A stretch of DNA of 64,000 bases, taken from NCBI GenBank assembly GCA_964016885.1, contig OZ024754.1, positions 7,502,001 through 7,566,000 of the forward strand. Reading direction: 5' to 3'. Origin of the DNA: Eledone cirrhosa. Taxonomy: Eukaryota. The notes beneath the pieces were generated by a model. It worked only from the letters and a program-made list of their open reading frames with translations, was not told where the DNA came from and did not search any database. Of this stretch, positions 24,288 through 38,644 are shown one piece after another. The first letter of the stretch is position 1; every line of letters begins with the position of its first letter. The translations under genes were made by a program, and so were the position numbers.

Positions 24288-27200
24288 GTAAGTTTTAATG
24301 CTTTAACTTAGTATGTATTCATTTTTACATATAATCAACTTTTTGGCTGTTAGACTTAATGTCACTATTTTCAACACTACTAACATGATATGTTTAGTGG
24401 AAGGTACCTTTAGGGCTGTCCAATCTGGTGCATGTATTTGATACGACGTCGGATTAAATTATTAGGTATTTGATCCAGCTCGCTGCGTTCAGCACTCAAA
24501 TTTCGTCGAGAGTTAAATTGTTAAACTAGTTAAATTGTTAAAGATTCAGAGTGGCTGCTTTGCATTATCGGTTCGTGATATTTGATTCAAAGCTCACCCG
24601 ACTCTCAGCGGGAAATAGGAGATTCTTCTACCCGGATTTTCGACCGGCAGAACATATCAGCAATGGGGACATAGTTTGCTTATCTCAATCTAATGGCCAA
24701 CTCCTTTTCTCACATTTCGTTTTTGTATGTAATATTGATTGTCCGTCACACATTTACATCTACTTTGATTATTATTACTATTCACATCGATAGTGAATCA
24801 ATAAATATTCGATTGTGTTAAAGCAAACTATCGTTACCACAACTGCAAATAATCTCACTATTGCTTTCCTTCGATGTTTAAGGATGATTACTTTTATGGC
24901 GACATTAATGAGATTTGGGGTTAGCATGTTATTCCAACCATTGACAATTCACGGCAGATTCCTTGTGATATTTTCGTGAAGGTTTATATCTATTAATATC
25001 ATTCAACCTGTAAATATATTCAGAAACAGGTTTCGTATTAAATGCTTAGTTTTCAGAATATAAAAGCTTGCTCTTTCGTTTTTATATACAAACCTCATTT
25101 GCCGAATCAATTCCAAGATATATATTTTAAAATGTATTTTTTTATTTTGTGTTACTCTCTTAAACACTCCATGATAAGATAGGTATATTTAATTTTATTT
25201 CACATCTATCTTACCTTTATTCTGTTTTGGATTTTCTTAATGATTAGGGAGTTTCACTCGTGATCAAAAGGCCATGGTCATGTATCTGAGAAAAATATTT
25301 TATGTCACTTGGCTCCTTCTGACAGGAGCTGCGAGAGGCAGACATTAACAGTAATGGAAAAAACAATAGAAATGTTGATCCATTGGGCAAATGGAACGAT
25401 CAGCCACTTTCTATTCTTGCGATAGTTACTAGTTATAAAAGTAACCCAACCACAGTATGCTTGATATAAACTTAAGTTTCTTTTTATGCTTTCCATTTCC
25501 CATTTGTCTCTCAATCTTTATCAAGTTCATTTTCATGAGATCTTTTGGGGCACCGAATTATTAGAAGGACGTATAGAATGTCTTGCGGTATTTGTTGTTC
25601 CGGTTCTGTTCACTTTGAGTTAAAATACATTTATATATTTTAATCATACCCTCAAATCGTTGCCTATTGAAACATTCAATCATTACCCAGAGCTTAAGGC
25701 TCTCATCTTATAAGAATCTACATGTTCTACGTTACCATAAGATCTACCACAGTATATATATAACATATGATGTTATATGGCTTGGTTTGTTTACCGGGTA
25801 ACAGTTAGTTTAAGCTTATATACGTAAGGATTACCGCCGGTTGAATTGTAAACGACCAGGTAGAACCTACTGAACTGTTAATGGTATAGTCCTCGGGCCT
25901 TCAGGCAGTTTCTATTTAAACAATTTTCCTCTCAAAGCTATGGAAGTTGACACTTGTCGAATATGCTTTGCCTTGTGATCTAAACCGGAGCTTTGAGATT
26001 GAGACGGAAACCTCTTAACTATACAGCCACGGTGAAACGAAACAACTACGCACATATCGCTGTATATACCTGCGTTAATCAAACAGTTGTTAATTATATT
26101 CTTCTTGTTTTTACTATACAACTTGTAATCTGTATCGATTTGTGACAAAGTGAAGGACGATAGTCAGGTTATTAGAGACAAGAGTAACACATCTTGTGAT
26201 TGTCATTAAACGACATTGTCACAAGTGATTATGTTTCGCTCCATAGCCCAGATATTCAGAGAATCAAGAAATAAATCTTAACACGTGAATGACTTTTACT
26301 AATTATTCAAACCAGCAATAAAAGTAGAAAGTTGATTGAAAGTGAAAGAATGTGTCATGAATGGGGCACGCATTTTTGAAATCTTAATAACAAATAGTAT
26401 AAAACAATCACACATATAGTTACACAGATTCTCGCGCGGACACACCCATATACATACACACCCACGTACACACATATTGTTAAACATAATCACACTGTTA
26501 CACGTATACTCACACAGATTCCTAACCACATAGTGGCACGATATCTTATATATAAACACGCACACACTCACATTCACAGATATAGTCACATATATACATA
26601 CGCGTACACAATATTATGGGATTCGATTTTCAAAATGAACGCCAGTACTTTGCATTATTTCCCTTAAAATTTAACAAATATTATATGTAAAAACAAAGAC
26701 CAGAAAAAATATGAATAAACAAAAATACAATTAATCCAAATTTCATTTCAAAATAAAATCTTGCGGTCAATATTGATTTTGAAACCTGATGCCATTAAAT
26801 TGCCGAACTAAAACGGAAGAGGGAAAGAAATAAAACCAAAAATGTAAGGAAAATACAGGAACAATGAAATGAGATAAACAAAGAAAACTGAATATAAACG
26901 AAGAAAGAAAGAGAGAGATAACGGAAAGAATAACAATAAGAAGACGAAGAAGAAGAAGAAGACGAAGTGGAACAAGAAGCCTGTGTTTATATCAGCTATA
27001 TGAAGCTGCAATTTTATGGAAATTATTATTCTATACCATGAGACTTCTAGGTGAGAATGTCAGGTTGATATTTGGCATACAATTCCATTCCTGGAATCGA
27101 TCATTTCAGTTCGTTGGCCTCCGTCATATTGGATTATTTATTTCTTTACTCTTTACACAAAACCTTTTTTTACCATTCGACTACAAAATCTAGTTTTCAG

Positions 27201-29882
27201 GATGATATGTATGAATGTATGGTTGAATTTCTGCTGTGTGTGTGTATGTGTGTGTGTGTATGTCTGTGTGCGTCCGTTTCAATTTCATTTTGATGAACAT
27301 GGTGAGGTTACAGAAGGATGTATCAAGTGAATATTTGAAGAATGGTACGTGATAAACTTCGCAGCAATACGAAACATGTTCAAATTTTCAGCGAAAATTT
27401 CCTGAATTGATGTAAAATTTGGTGAAATGTTCAAGAATTGTGCCTTTTATGCTGGAATTTTTTTTTTATAATGAATGTTTATTTTGAACTCCAATTGTGC
27501 TTTTCACTCACAAAAGCCTGGTGAAATCATTTGTAAGTCACGGCATCAGAATTACTGAGTATCATGGTGGTTATTCAGTCTTTCCAGCAATCGAAAAATA
27601 TGGAGTCGTTTGAACATAAAATTATTGATTGCAAAACGTGTTTTATGCTTTTAAAACTTTTGAATAACCAGCATTACGTAAACGTCCTACAACACTTTAT
27701 TATCGTATTCCTCTACGAAGTGAAATTGCTGAGACTTTTTCAGGTTCTATTACATTTTAACTTTGTAACATTCTTAATTATTTCTTGACAACAAAACTCA
27801 ATATCAATCAAGGAAATGTAATTCAATTGAGAGAAGTTTTAACAACCGTTTCTTTGGTTCAGAAGTTAACCCCGTGTCAGATTTGATAATGTAGCAAACA
27901 TACTAGCAAAGTCTTTCCATTCATGACCCCCCCCCCCTCCCGGTTGTTTGTTTGTTTTTTTTTGTTGATTTTTGTTGTTGCTTTCTTGAGATAATCACAT
28001 TAAAAAGTATATAAAGCAGCCGGCTCCAGAGAGCTCTTCAAATTGTAAAGGATGTATTGCTGTAATTAATGTATATTTCATTGGTATTTCTATTCAATTG
28101 GGATACAGCATAGAGTCTCTTCTGTTTTCTACAGAGTTCAGTCGGTAAAGAATCAGATATTCTATATTCTACCTCCTCAATAGTTTTATTGAAATGTATT
28201 TAATAGCACTAAAGATGAAAATATTATTATCAACGCCATCAATGTTCAGAGAACCATAATCTTTAGCTAAATAACCACATCACTTTCCATTATTGATCTC
28301 TTTTGCAACGGCCATGAGACGATGATACAATTAAATTACCCTTTAACTTCTATCAATATTTCTAATAACTTCTAAATTAATATATTCCCTATCTGCACAA
28401 CCCCACTAAGGTATATAATACATGGAAAATGGTGGCAACATTCCAACAATTTGGAGAGCGGAAATTGGTTGATTACATCAACCCGTGACTTTTGCTGGCA
28501 CTTCATTTTATCGAACTTGTAAGGAAGAAAATCAAAGCTTACCTCACTGGAATTTGATTTGAGAAAATTAATGGACACATTTTCTTGCTGCTTTTACGGT
28601 GTAAAGATCGCCGCTCTGTTAGCACTGTGCATCAAGTAAGAACAAAGAGCAGTGACCCTCTTTCTATAGTCGGAAGGTGTTTCAGAGGCTGAAATTCGTC
28701 TGTGGCTTATAACGCATAGCGGAGCGGCCATCTTTACACTACAGTAAGAAAACTGACCCGATCAAGATCATACGTCGATAACGTGACCACAATAGTACCA
28801 ACTATAAGCACACATGAGCAGAAGGCAGTGTAACAAACCTAAATATATGTTATGGCAAAAGTGCGAATAATTTTTCAGTTAACCTGAATTAGTTTTCGTC
28901 ATGTTTCACATCCCATTTGTTGTCTCGTAAATGATTCGATATTTCATATCTGATTCAACATGCACCCCTAGTCACCCCCCCCCCCACACACACACATACA
29001 TATGCATATATATATACGATAACGCTTTCTAATCTAATGTGGCTAAGTTTACTCTGGCAAATAAGAAGAACCAGGGCCACCCCTAGGAGCATTGGATTTG
29101 GTGTACTTCATATTTGTTTCGGTTGCTGAATACAATCAGGGGTCGCTGATTCTCCTGAAGGTCAATAGTTCTCTTCTAACTCGAACGGGAGCACCTTTAC
29201 ATTGTTAATTTACATTGATCATCTGCAAAGCCGCATTGTTCTCAGAACCACTTCACCAGTCTTTCGATGCGTGCAGCTGTCACTACAACCACCCATTGAT
29301 TTAGCAGGATTGACACATCTATATACACACATAGATGTGTGTAAATGTAGTTCGATAGGTTGGTAGATTGATAGATTTTACTTCCTTTGAGGAATCACGA
29401 CTGAGGCCATACTGGAGCCCCATTTTATATATCTATTTATCTATACATATAATATATACCATCATTTGGTTATTTTTACTATCTAGAGAGATGTGTTACT
29501 TTCAGGCAGCCATTTCAATTTAATTAAGTTTCCACAACATATTTGATTGTCTACTTTAAAAGAGATATGGTTTCTAAAGTAGCTATGACATTTAGATTTG
29601 GCTCTCATCTCTATCGAGTATTTCCGATAAAACACAAATATAAAAATAAATATAACACCTCTTGTTGGTAATTTTGGTTATTGCTTCTTTTATAGTCGCC
29701 ATTTTAATGTTGTTGTTTTTTTTACTGCCGCTGTTGTTGACGTTGTGGTGCGTTTGTTTATTGTTGTTGTTGTTGTCTTGTCATTTCTGATAGCAATAAC
29801 AACACAAGCGACAATAAAATGGCCACCAATAAAAAAAATCAGTATTATTTTTATCATTACCATCTTTAATTCTTTTAGAATA

Positions 29883-30033
<151 letters not shown>

Positions 30034-30524
30034 TTTCTTCTATTTTTTGCTGATATATTTTTGTCAAAACTTTGCCGTTGCTGTGCAATCTTCTGGTTTA
30101 TTTAGTCTGACAAAGAACACTATTCCTTTTTATGCATTTATTTTTTATTAATCTTTCTTTTTGTCTTTCGTCTGCATTTCATTCAGTAGACTGACGCCAA
30201 GGAGTGCTGACATACTCGAAGATATAATCAATTTATGTTGATGTCAGTACACTTTCTGTTACGTATTTTATTGGTCTGAGATAAAAAAAATATACCATTA
30301 TTGGATTTCTTGGATGGATGTATCAATCAGTTCATTCTTTGCCATGAACCTCGTGGTTATCTGAGCTATCAGCCCGTTAAAGATTTGCCCCTCAGGTTAT
30401 TACGATATTAGGTTTAGATGGTCTATAGATATTGCTGCTTCGAATGAAGGGGAGAATAATATCAGCCGGGGATTAGTTTATAGGTATATGTTGCTCACTA
30501 CATTGAGAAGGAATGTCAGTCTTA

Positions 30525-30670
30525 ATTACACTAGGATTGCCTCCCTACTCACCACCATCGGTACGGAGTTGGCTATTCGCAGGTATGAGCCTCGGGAGCT
30601 CGAATGGCTCTTCCAACCTATCTCCCTTACCCTTTTCCAGGGAAACGCCTTCTCTATTCTGCCTGACGGG
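30525..30670 (+). mobile_element. CRE-clade (RLE) non-LTR retrotransposon C-terminal remnant
   Basis: LLTTIGTELAIRRYEPRELEWLFQPISLTLFQGNAFSIL matches the ..IG.......EPR...L.QR.S.A..RGNA..IL terminus of CRE-type ORFs. Confidence 0.65.
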
Positions 30671-30965
30671 GTCGCGGGTTTGCTTGCGCGTGGGCTCCCG
30701 TTTGCTTATGATAGTGAGAGATGGGGAGAGAGACGGAGTCCGTGAGAGAAAGAGAAAGAAAATCAACATACACACGCACTTGATAAGACAACGATAGACG
30801 TATTTGACGGTACTTTTAAACATATATAAACAATGGCACATAGAGAGGTGGCGACTTTACAGAAAACATAACCATGGATCTGCTAGAATACTAAAAAAAG
30901 TATTTAACAATAGAGGTCTGCTCAATTTTTTTTATTTTAAACCGATAATATTTATTATTATTCTT

Positions 30966-31136
30966 AGAGGGTCAGACGCCATGCTTTGACGCATAGAGTT
31001 AAGGCCCTTGCCATTCTGAGTTCAAATCCCCCCGAGGTAAACTTTGCCTTTCATCCTTACGGGATCGATAACATAAAGTACCAGTAATATACTGGGTAAT
31101 TGTGGCCTTGTGCCAAAAAGTAGAAAGAATTATTAT
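30966..31136 (+). mobile_element. Deu/Nin SINE, 5'-clipped
   Basis: Matches the consensus from TAGAGGGTCAGACGCC to the tail. Confidence 0.88.
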
Positions 31137-31177
31137 TCTCTTGTTCCTATGTTATATACAAGCATGTAAAATGATAC

Positions 31178-31376
31178 TGTCACATGATCCACATGACGTG
31201 CAATGTGTTCGAACACAGTGGAGCCGAACTCCCACTTTCATCGCCGCCATCTCTCTCGCCCTCCCCATCTCTCTGTATTGTGACCAAATGGGGTCCCACG
31301 TGCGAGCCGGCCAACGGCCCCGTCTGCTGAGTTGAGATATGAAATGGAAAAGGCTTCGCCACGTTTAATATCCACA
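31178..31376. mobile_element. Possible solo LTR; relative at ~44555-44700
   Basis: TGT...ACA ends, ATAC/AGAC flanks, GC-rich. Shares CCATCTC..TATTGTGA..AAAT.GGGTC.CA.G.GC with 44590-44670. Confidence 0.35.
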
Positions 31377-31469
31377 AGACACTTCCCTAGAAAGACAGCA
31401 CTCCTAGGATTCTAGAAACATTTATGGGTCCTTTAACATACATTTTTACAGCTTGCTCAAACTTTTAGA

Positions 31470-32381
31470 ACATGAAATCCTAAAGGGCGTACTGGGTTTT
31501 CGGATGAGGTAGAATCACATCATCAGGGATTGGGGGGTGATGGTGGAAGATACAGGGCAGAGTGACCTTGTGTGTATGTACTTACATGAAATCCTAAAGG
31601 GCGTACTGGGTTTTCGGATGAGGTAGAATCACATCATCAGGGATTGGGGGGTGATGGTGGAAGATACAGGGCAGAGTGACCTTGTGTGTATGTACTTACA
31701 TGAAATCCTAAAGGGCGTACTGGGTTTTCGGATGAGGTAGAATCACATCATCAGGGATTGGGGGGTGATGGTGGAAGATACAGGGCAGAGCGACCTTGTG
31801 TGTATGTACTTACATGAAATCCTAAAGGGCGTACTGGGTTTTCGGATGAGGTAGAATCACATCATCAGGGATTGGGGGGTGATGGTGGAAGATACAGGGC
31901 AGAGCGACCTTGTGTGTATGTACTTACATGAAATCCTAAAGGGCGTACTGGGTTTTCGGATGAGGTAGAATCACATCATCAGGGATTGGGGGGTGATGGT
32001 GGAAGATACAGGGCAGAGCGACCTTGTGTGTATGTACTTACATGAAATCCTAAAGGGCGTACTGGGTTTTCGGATGAGGTAGAATCACATCATCAGGGAT
32101 TGGGGGGTGATGGTGGAAGATACAGGGCAGAGTGACCTTGTGTGTATGTACTTACATGAAATCCTAAAGGGCGTACTGGGTTTTCGGATGAGGTAGAATC
32201 ACATCATCAGGGATTGGGGGGTGATGGTGGAAGATACAGGGCAGAGTGACCTTGTGTGTATGTACTTACATGAAATCCTAAAGGGCGTACTGGGTTTTCG
32301 GATGAGGTAGAATCACATCATCAGGGATTGGGGGGTGATGGTGGAAGATACAGGGCAGAGTGACCTTGTGTGTATGTACTT
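31470..32381. repeat. 114-bp tandem repeat, 8 near-identical copies
   Basis: Unit ACATGAAATCCTAAAGGGCG...GTATGTACTT recurs every 114 nt. The only variant seen is AGAGTGACC/AGAGCGACC. Confidence 0.97.
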
Positions 32382-32456
32382 ATGTGTGAGATTAAGTATG
32401 TATTTACTCCTTTACCTGTTCCAGCCATCCGGCTGAGGCCATGCTGGGGCACCGCC

Positions 32457-32498
<42 letters not shown>

Positions 32499-32656
32499 TT
32501 GTGCATATATATATTTGTGTATGTGTATGTGTATGTATTTGTATGTATATATAGATGTGTGTGTGTCTGTATGTGTGTTTATATATAGAGATTAGATATA
32601 TGTGTGTTTGGGTGTGTGTATATATGTATACATATATGTGTTTGTGTGTCTGTCTC

Positions 32657-32689
<33 letters not shown>

Positions 32690-32806
32690 AGAGATAGATA
32701 TGTGTGTATATATGTATACATACATATATGTGTGTGTGTCTGTGTGTGCGAGATTATGTGTGTGTATATATGTATACATATATGTGTGTGTCTGTGCGTG
32801 CGAGAT

Positions 32807-32852
<46 letters not shown>

Positions 32853-34115
32853 CGAGATTGTGTGTGTATATATGTATACATATATGTGTGTGTCTGTGTG
32901 TGTGTGTATCTATGTATACATATTTGTGTGTGTATGCGTGTGTGTGAGTGTATGCGTGTATGTGTGTGTCTAAGTGTGGCGTGAGTGCATTGACAGGGAA
33001 TGGAAGGACATAATGGTCTGTCATATATTGTTCCGGAGATTTGTTTGGAAGATTCCAGTCTACATCCTGGGATCATTAATGTGGAAAACAAATTAAAAGT
33101 TCTATAAATAAGGATTTTTCTTTCTATAAATACAGCTTTTCTCTCGGGACGTAACACGGTGGTTAAAGAATTCTTCTAAAAAGGTTTCCGGTTTTTTTCC
33201 GACCAATTTTATTGCTAGACTGGGTTACGATGAAGAATTAGTTCTTGTCTGTTTCATCAATTTTGTTCAGCATCAATATATGACGATGAATGTCTAAGTA
33301 GATACCGTGATTCGTTCTCCAAACTAAGTTTAGATGATAGAACAATCTCAATTGATGCTTGAGAATATAACATCTCTACTGAAAAACTGTAACATACCAG
33401 CATTATAAGTTTCCAGGCTATGAGTCGTATTTAGAATGTGTATTTACACTATTTATATCTACATATGTGAAGGTGAGTGGCTGAGTGGTTAGAGAATTGG
33501 ATTTACAATCATAAGGTTGTGAGTTCGATTCCCGGACCGGGCGATGCGTTATATCCTTGAGGAAGATACTTTATTTCCCGTTGTTCCTTCTACTTGGAGT
33601 TGCGACCGATAAATAGTATTAGCAATTGGAAAGACCAATGGGAGCATTGTTTCCTCGGTCCGATTTGACGAAAGTCAATCGACTGTTGATATCTACATTA
33701 AGGGTGGATGGAGCATAGCAGAATAGTTAAGTTTTTTCAAATATTAGGTCATGTGTTCGATGCGACTGAGTTGTAACATAGGCAAGTGTCATTTATCATA
33801 GAATCGAATGATTGCCTTGCAAATGACATTGGGGGTGGGGGCGGGCTTTAGAAAGGTGTCGGATATACTATACTTGTAGTTCATACTGTCACTCTGTATG
33901 GCACGAAATCTCTTACGGTTAGTGAACACGTGACTATAAAATGTTCAGTCATTTACATGTTAATTTCATGAGCAGGCTGTTAGTGTATTCAAACAACTAG
34001 AACACTCTCCTTCGAAACTGAAGCAATTCCATTCCTAGATTATGGCACTCGATTGACAAAAGCGTTACAGCATCGAATACACTATTTTGTAACGTATAGA
34101 TACGTGGATTAATTA

Positions 34116-34532
34116 CTCTCGGGTCCCAAATAATAGTGGGGGAGGTTAAGCGGAAAGTTGGAATAAGCGAGAGGGGATTGGACTATGAGGTGGGGATCTG
34201 TAATTGTTCTAGGTTGTTTCTGTTGATTTTATAAAAAAAAACAGAATTAATGGTTTAGTTTATATATTGAGACTCCAGCACATTCTATTTATTTTCTAAC
34301 GTATGGGATTTCTAATAACGTACTTCTTTGGTCATGTATAATGTTTTTTTTTTTTTTATGTGTAAAGAAAATAATTGTTGCAAGAATTCTACCACTTAAA
34401 ATAAAATTTCGCAGGAAATAAATTAGCAAAATTTAATAAGCGGATTGTTTAGAAAAAAAGCGGATGGAGAGGTGTTGGAAACATCTGAAAAATTAATAAG
34501 CGGGGGAGGGGTGGTTATTCGAGACCCGTGAC
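34116..34532. mobile_element. Tc1/mariner-pogo-like MITE
   Basis: TA|CTCTCGGGTCCCAAATAA ... TTATTCGAGACCCGTGAC (14/18 inverted match); internal AATAAGCG repeats. Confidence 0.55.
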
Positions 34533-34847
34533 TGTGACTGTCTGAAGTCAAAATATTTTGAAGTTGCTTGTACAGTTATTTCCTATGCCCAGTGTTGTGT
34601 GATTACAGTATGATGTGGTTGTAGTGTTATGCTGATATTCAATTTCTGACTATTAAAATTAAACACCACAAAACTGACAGCCTAATAGTTTTTCTCATCG
34701 TTAGGGACCTTAAATTCAACTACGTCTATCTTCATATGCCTTAAATAATTGTCATGATTTGTAATCGTGTTTTTCTGAGTTATCAAAAGGTTACTCTACC
34801 TAATATATATACCTGATTTTGCCTTATTCCTGCTGTTGCGTATGGCA

Positions 34848-35033
34848 ATAATTGTTTCTACTTTAGGCACAAGGCCAGCAATTACCCAGTGCATTACTGG
34901 TACTTTATTTTATCGACCCCGTAAGGATGAAAGGCAAAGTCAACCTCGGCGAGGTTTGAACTCAGATCGTAAAGGGACGTAACTATGCTGGAAAGCATGG
35001 CGTCCTACCCTCTACCGATACTGCCAATCCACC
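34848..35033 (-). mobile_element. Deu/Nin SINE
   Basis: Near-consensus copy; ATGGCAATAAT occurs on both sides (TSD-like). Confidence 0.9.
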
Positions 35034-35899
35034 ATGGCAATAATATTGGTTATATATAACCACATATATAACCATATATATATGTGGTTATATATATGTG
35101 GTTATATATATATGAGGCTATATAAATGTGGTTATATAAATGTGGCTATATATATGTCGTTATATAAATGTCGTTATATAAATGTGGCTATATCTATATG
35201 GTTATATATATGTGGCTATATATTGATCATATATTCGTTTCTATCTACTTTATCAATACCATAAGAGATTATCGTCGCTGTTGCTGTTTTCAATCCACAA
35301 TATGTGTATATCTGTATTGGTTGGTATTTGGATAACCTCTCCATTGTCTTTAGAGATATATTGCCTTCAGATTGTATTGACATATCGATTAAGAGATATT
35401 CCATTCCCTTGATTACATTTCACAACAATAATAACAGTATGAATTACTTTAATCTCTCTTAATCAACATTGTCCTTCATCATATTGAGGAGGATTGATAA
35501 GATAAGTTATAACCATACATTATTATATAAGATCAATTTGTCCTTCTCTGATACTTTCTGCAGTAAATATTTATATAATCTTTTCGTTGCGTATTTTCAA
35601 AACTGCAATCTTTGATTTCAGTATATGAACCCTTCAACTCTCGTATGATTATATACATACTCTCATTCCGTCAGACCAAGGCAGATAGAACCAATGCTAT
35701 TGATTCTCACTTTGCATTCGATCCGTATTCGTCAGCTACAGTTTATTATCTCTTGCTATTTTCTTATGAAAATGTTTTCGTTTTATTCCATGATAAAGCA
35801 ACATTCAGATGAAAACCAATATGGCGCCAGGCCTATATGGGTTTCCGATAGAATGCTAGAAACTTCAAAATCTCTAAACTATCTTATTGCATTTTTGTT

Positions 35900-36640
35900 A
35901 TGAAACCTTTAATGGAAACCGACCAGAAAAGAATGCGCCATATTTGTGATGGTTCCTATTCCCAATAATGGTGATATTAGGTGGCTGCCAAAATTTATAA
36001 TCACCTTATCTTGAACAGGCTTCGATCAGAAATCGTCAATAAACTACGTCCAAACCAAAATGGATTTAAATCATCTAGATCAGGGTTTCCCAATCTTTCT
36101 CAAATGTGGGACCCTTTTTTTGGTTCAGAAAATTTTGGAGGAATCCCAAAGTCTAATACTTTTATATGGTCGTAATATAAATATATTCCTCTACGTTTTT
36201 ACCCAGAACCCCAGACAATCCTTTGGGGAAAGCCTGGGTTCCACGGAACCCACTTTGGGCCCCACTGTTCTATATCTATATCATCAGTGATCAAGCTCCC
36301 ACTCCACGCAGTCTAAGCAAAGAAATAATATATCATCAAAACGAAACTGTAATAACATATATTGACTTTTCAAAGGCGTTTGATAACATTAACGGTAACC
36401 GTGAACATATGTTTGAAGTTCGACTTATCTACGGTATTCCTCTCAAGCACGTTAATCGGAATAGGATTAAGATCATGTACGAATACAACCTCTCTATAGT
36501 ACTGAGACCAGAAGGAGAAACTGACTTCTTTCAGGTAATGACAGGTGTACTTCAAGGTGATTCCCTCGCACCGTATCTATTTATCATCATACTTGATTAT
36601 ACATTAATTGTAGCTGTTGGGGATAGTTTGCTTTGTCTTG
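35900..36640 (+). mobile_element. RTE-clade LINE reverse transcriptase remnant, interrupted by a MITE
   Basis: AAKIYNHLILNRL..LRPNQNGF..RS, YIDFSKAFD, GIP, GETDFF..TGVLQGDSLAPYLFIIILDY are RT motifs of RTE type. Confidence 0.9.
36081..36267. mobile_element. hAT/Charlie-type MITE inserted in the RTE RT
   Basis: Ends CAGGGTTTCCCAA ... TTGGGCCCCACTG; 8-bp TSD ATCTAGAT/TTCTATAT. Removing it rejoins the RT motif GFKSSRS. Confidence 0.75.
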
Positions 36641-36811
36641 CAATAATAATCAGCTCCTTACCCCACTTTTACGCATGAGCAGACCTGTTGGCGTGAATTG
36701 AAGCTCACAGGGGAACGGGCATTCGATTCATGAACTTCATGAACATCGCTGTTTGTCCGCTCCCATGTCGCTTCAATTTTGGATTACCTCCTTCATTGTA
36801 ACCTTATTATG

Positions 36812-36880
36812 TAAGAAGCTGTCTGATGAGATCATGGCACCGGGTCCTGCGCCGAATCGAAATATGTACCACGGCCTTAT
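36812..36880 (+). ncRNA. Degenerate hammerhead ribozyme in a Penelope-like remnant
   Basis: GCTGT-CTGATGA-GATC..GAATC-GAAA-TATGTA-CC-ACGGC, then AATAAA. The cleavage triplet is mutated. Confidence 0.45.
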
Positions 36881-36997
36881 CAATAAAGGACTTTAACATC
36901 TAAACTACTTTGTATTTCCTTATTCTAAAAATACTCCGTCATTCCTATGTGGAAAATGCTCGTTGAGTCCTCGAATTGAATTACATCAAGGTTTTAC

Positions 36998-37088
<91 letters not shown>

Positions 37089-37829
37089 ATGTGTGTATCA
37101 CACTACGAATACATATACACATACCAATCTATTATGCATCATTGTATTTCATCCACGTTGATATACTGGTAGCATTGGATGATACATATACAACTATAAT
37201 ATTTATTTCATTGCAAAAAAGTCCCGCATAATTTGCTTTGCTTGTCGAGAGATTGGAAACAAAAGAAGCCATCGTGTACTTATAAGTTATCTGGAAGCAA
37301 ATCTATTGTATATTCCACATTGCAACGAAAATCAATTTTGCGTTGTACTAAAATAACTTCGACATAATAAAATGTAAAATACATCCACAAACATGGACAC
37401 ACAAAAGATGTGTAGAAATCTATCTTTTCTCTTTATTATTCAGGTGTCTATATTCTTAGCACTTTACTTTACCATTCCGCTAAATATAATGAATTGCTTA
37501 TTTCTACATTTTCGCTTGTAGAATCTAAAAAATATATAATTATTTATTTTGTATATGTTTTAATGTATTTTTAAATGTATATTTTTAATGCATTTTTTAT
37601 GTATTCATATTTTTGATTCCATGTCTTAGATTTTATTTTATTCTGAAAAGGAACAAAATATTCGTGATTATATTTCTCTTTTACCACACTGCACCAGGCG
37701 CAAGGCATTTGGAGTATTTATATACACATGTATATGTACATATGCACACAAAGAGAGAGAGAAGGATAGTGAGAGAGAGAAACACATACAGCAGTTGGAA
37801 AGGGAGGGGTAAGTCGATAAATCGACACG

Positions 37830-38306
37830 AATGCATTACCAGTGCTTTATTTTATCGACCCCCAGTGTATTACTGGTACTTTATTTTATCGACCCAGTAA
37901 GGATGAAAGGCAAAGTTAACCTCGGCATGATTTGAACTCAGAACGTAAAGGGCCATAACTCTATGATGCAAAGCATGGTGTCTGACGCTCTAATGATACT
38001 GCCAATCCACCGCCCTAATAATAATAATAATAATAATTGTTTCTAATTTTGGCACAAGGCCAGCAATTACCCAGTGCATTACTGGTAGTTTATTTCATCG
38101 ACCCTGTAAGGATGAAATAATTGTTTCTCCTTTTGGCTCTAGGCCAGCAATTACCCAGTGCATTACTACTACTTTATTTTATCGACCCCATAAGGATGAA
38201 AGGCAATTTAACCTCGGCCGAATGTGAGCTCAGAACGTAAAGGGCCATAAATATATGATGCAAAGCCTGGTGTCTGACCCTCTACCGATACTGTCAATCC
38301 ACCGTC
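37830..38306 (-). mobile_element. Nested/tandem Deu/Nin SINEs (3-4 pieces)
   Basis: Repeated TTTATCGACCCC..GGATGAAAGGCA blocks; heads at 38015 and 38306. Confidence 0.85.
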
Positions 38307-38644
38307 CTTGAAATAATGACCAGCCTTTCATAACTCAACCTCGTAACGATGCTATTGATTCGTCGCTTCATTAACTGCAAGAAAAAAATAACCGAAAAAA
38401 TATATCATACACTAAGGAAAGAGTCCGAATTAGAATATTGATCAACCTTAACTTCAGATAAAGTTGTCAAATAGATTGTTTACTACATTTAACCATCACT
38501 GGAATAATTGCCACAAAGCTACTCTGTCATACGCTCCAAGAACACTATGAATTTGCGCCTCATTGTTCGTATGTAAAACTGAAATTTGAACCTTGAATCA
38601 TGAAACATATTTTGAGTCGCTAAAGCAGTTAAATAGATGGCTTA

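Noticed and set aside
27500-27800. Possible ancient Tc1/mariner transposase (faint WPPxSPDL-like trace, minus strand)
   Set aside because: Many stops and the motif is too degenerate to support.
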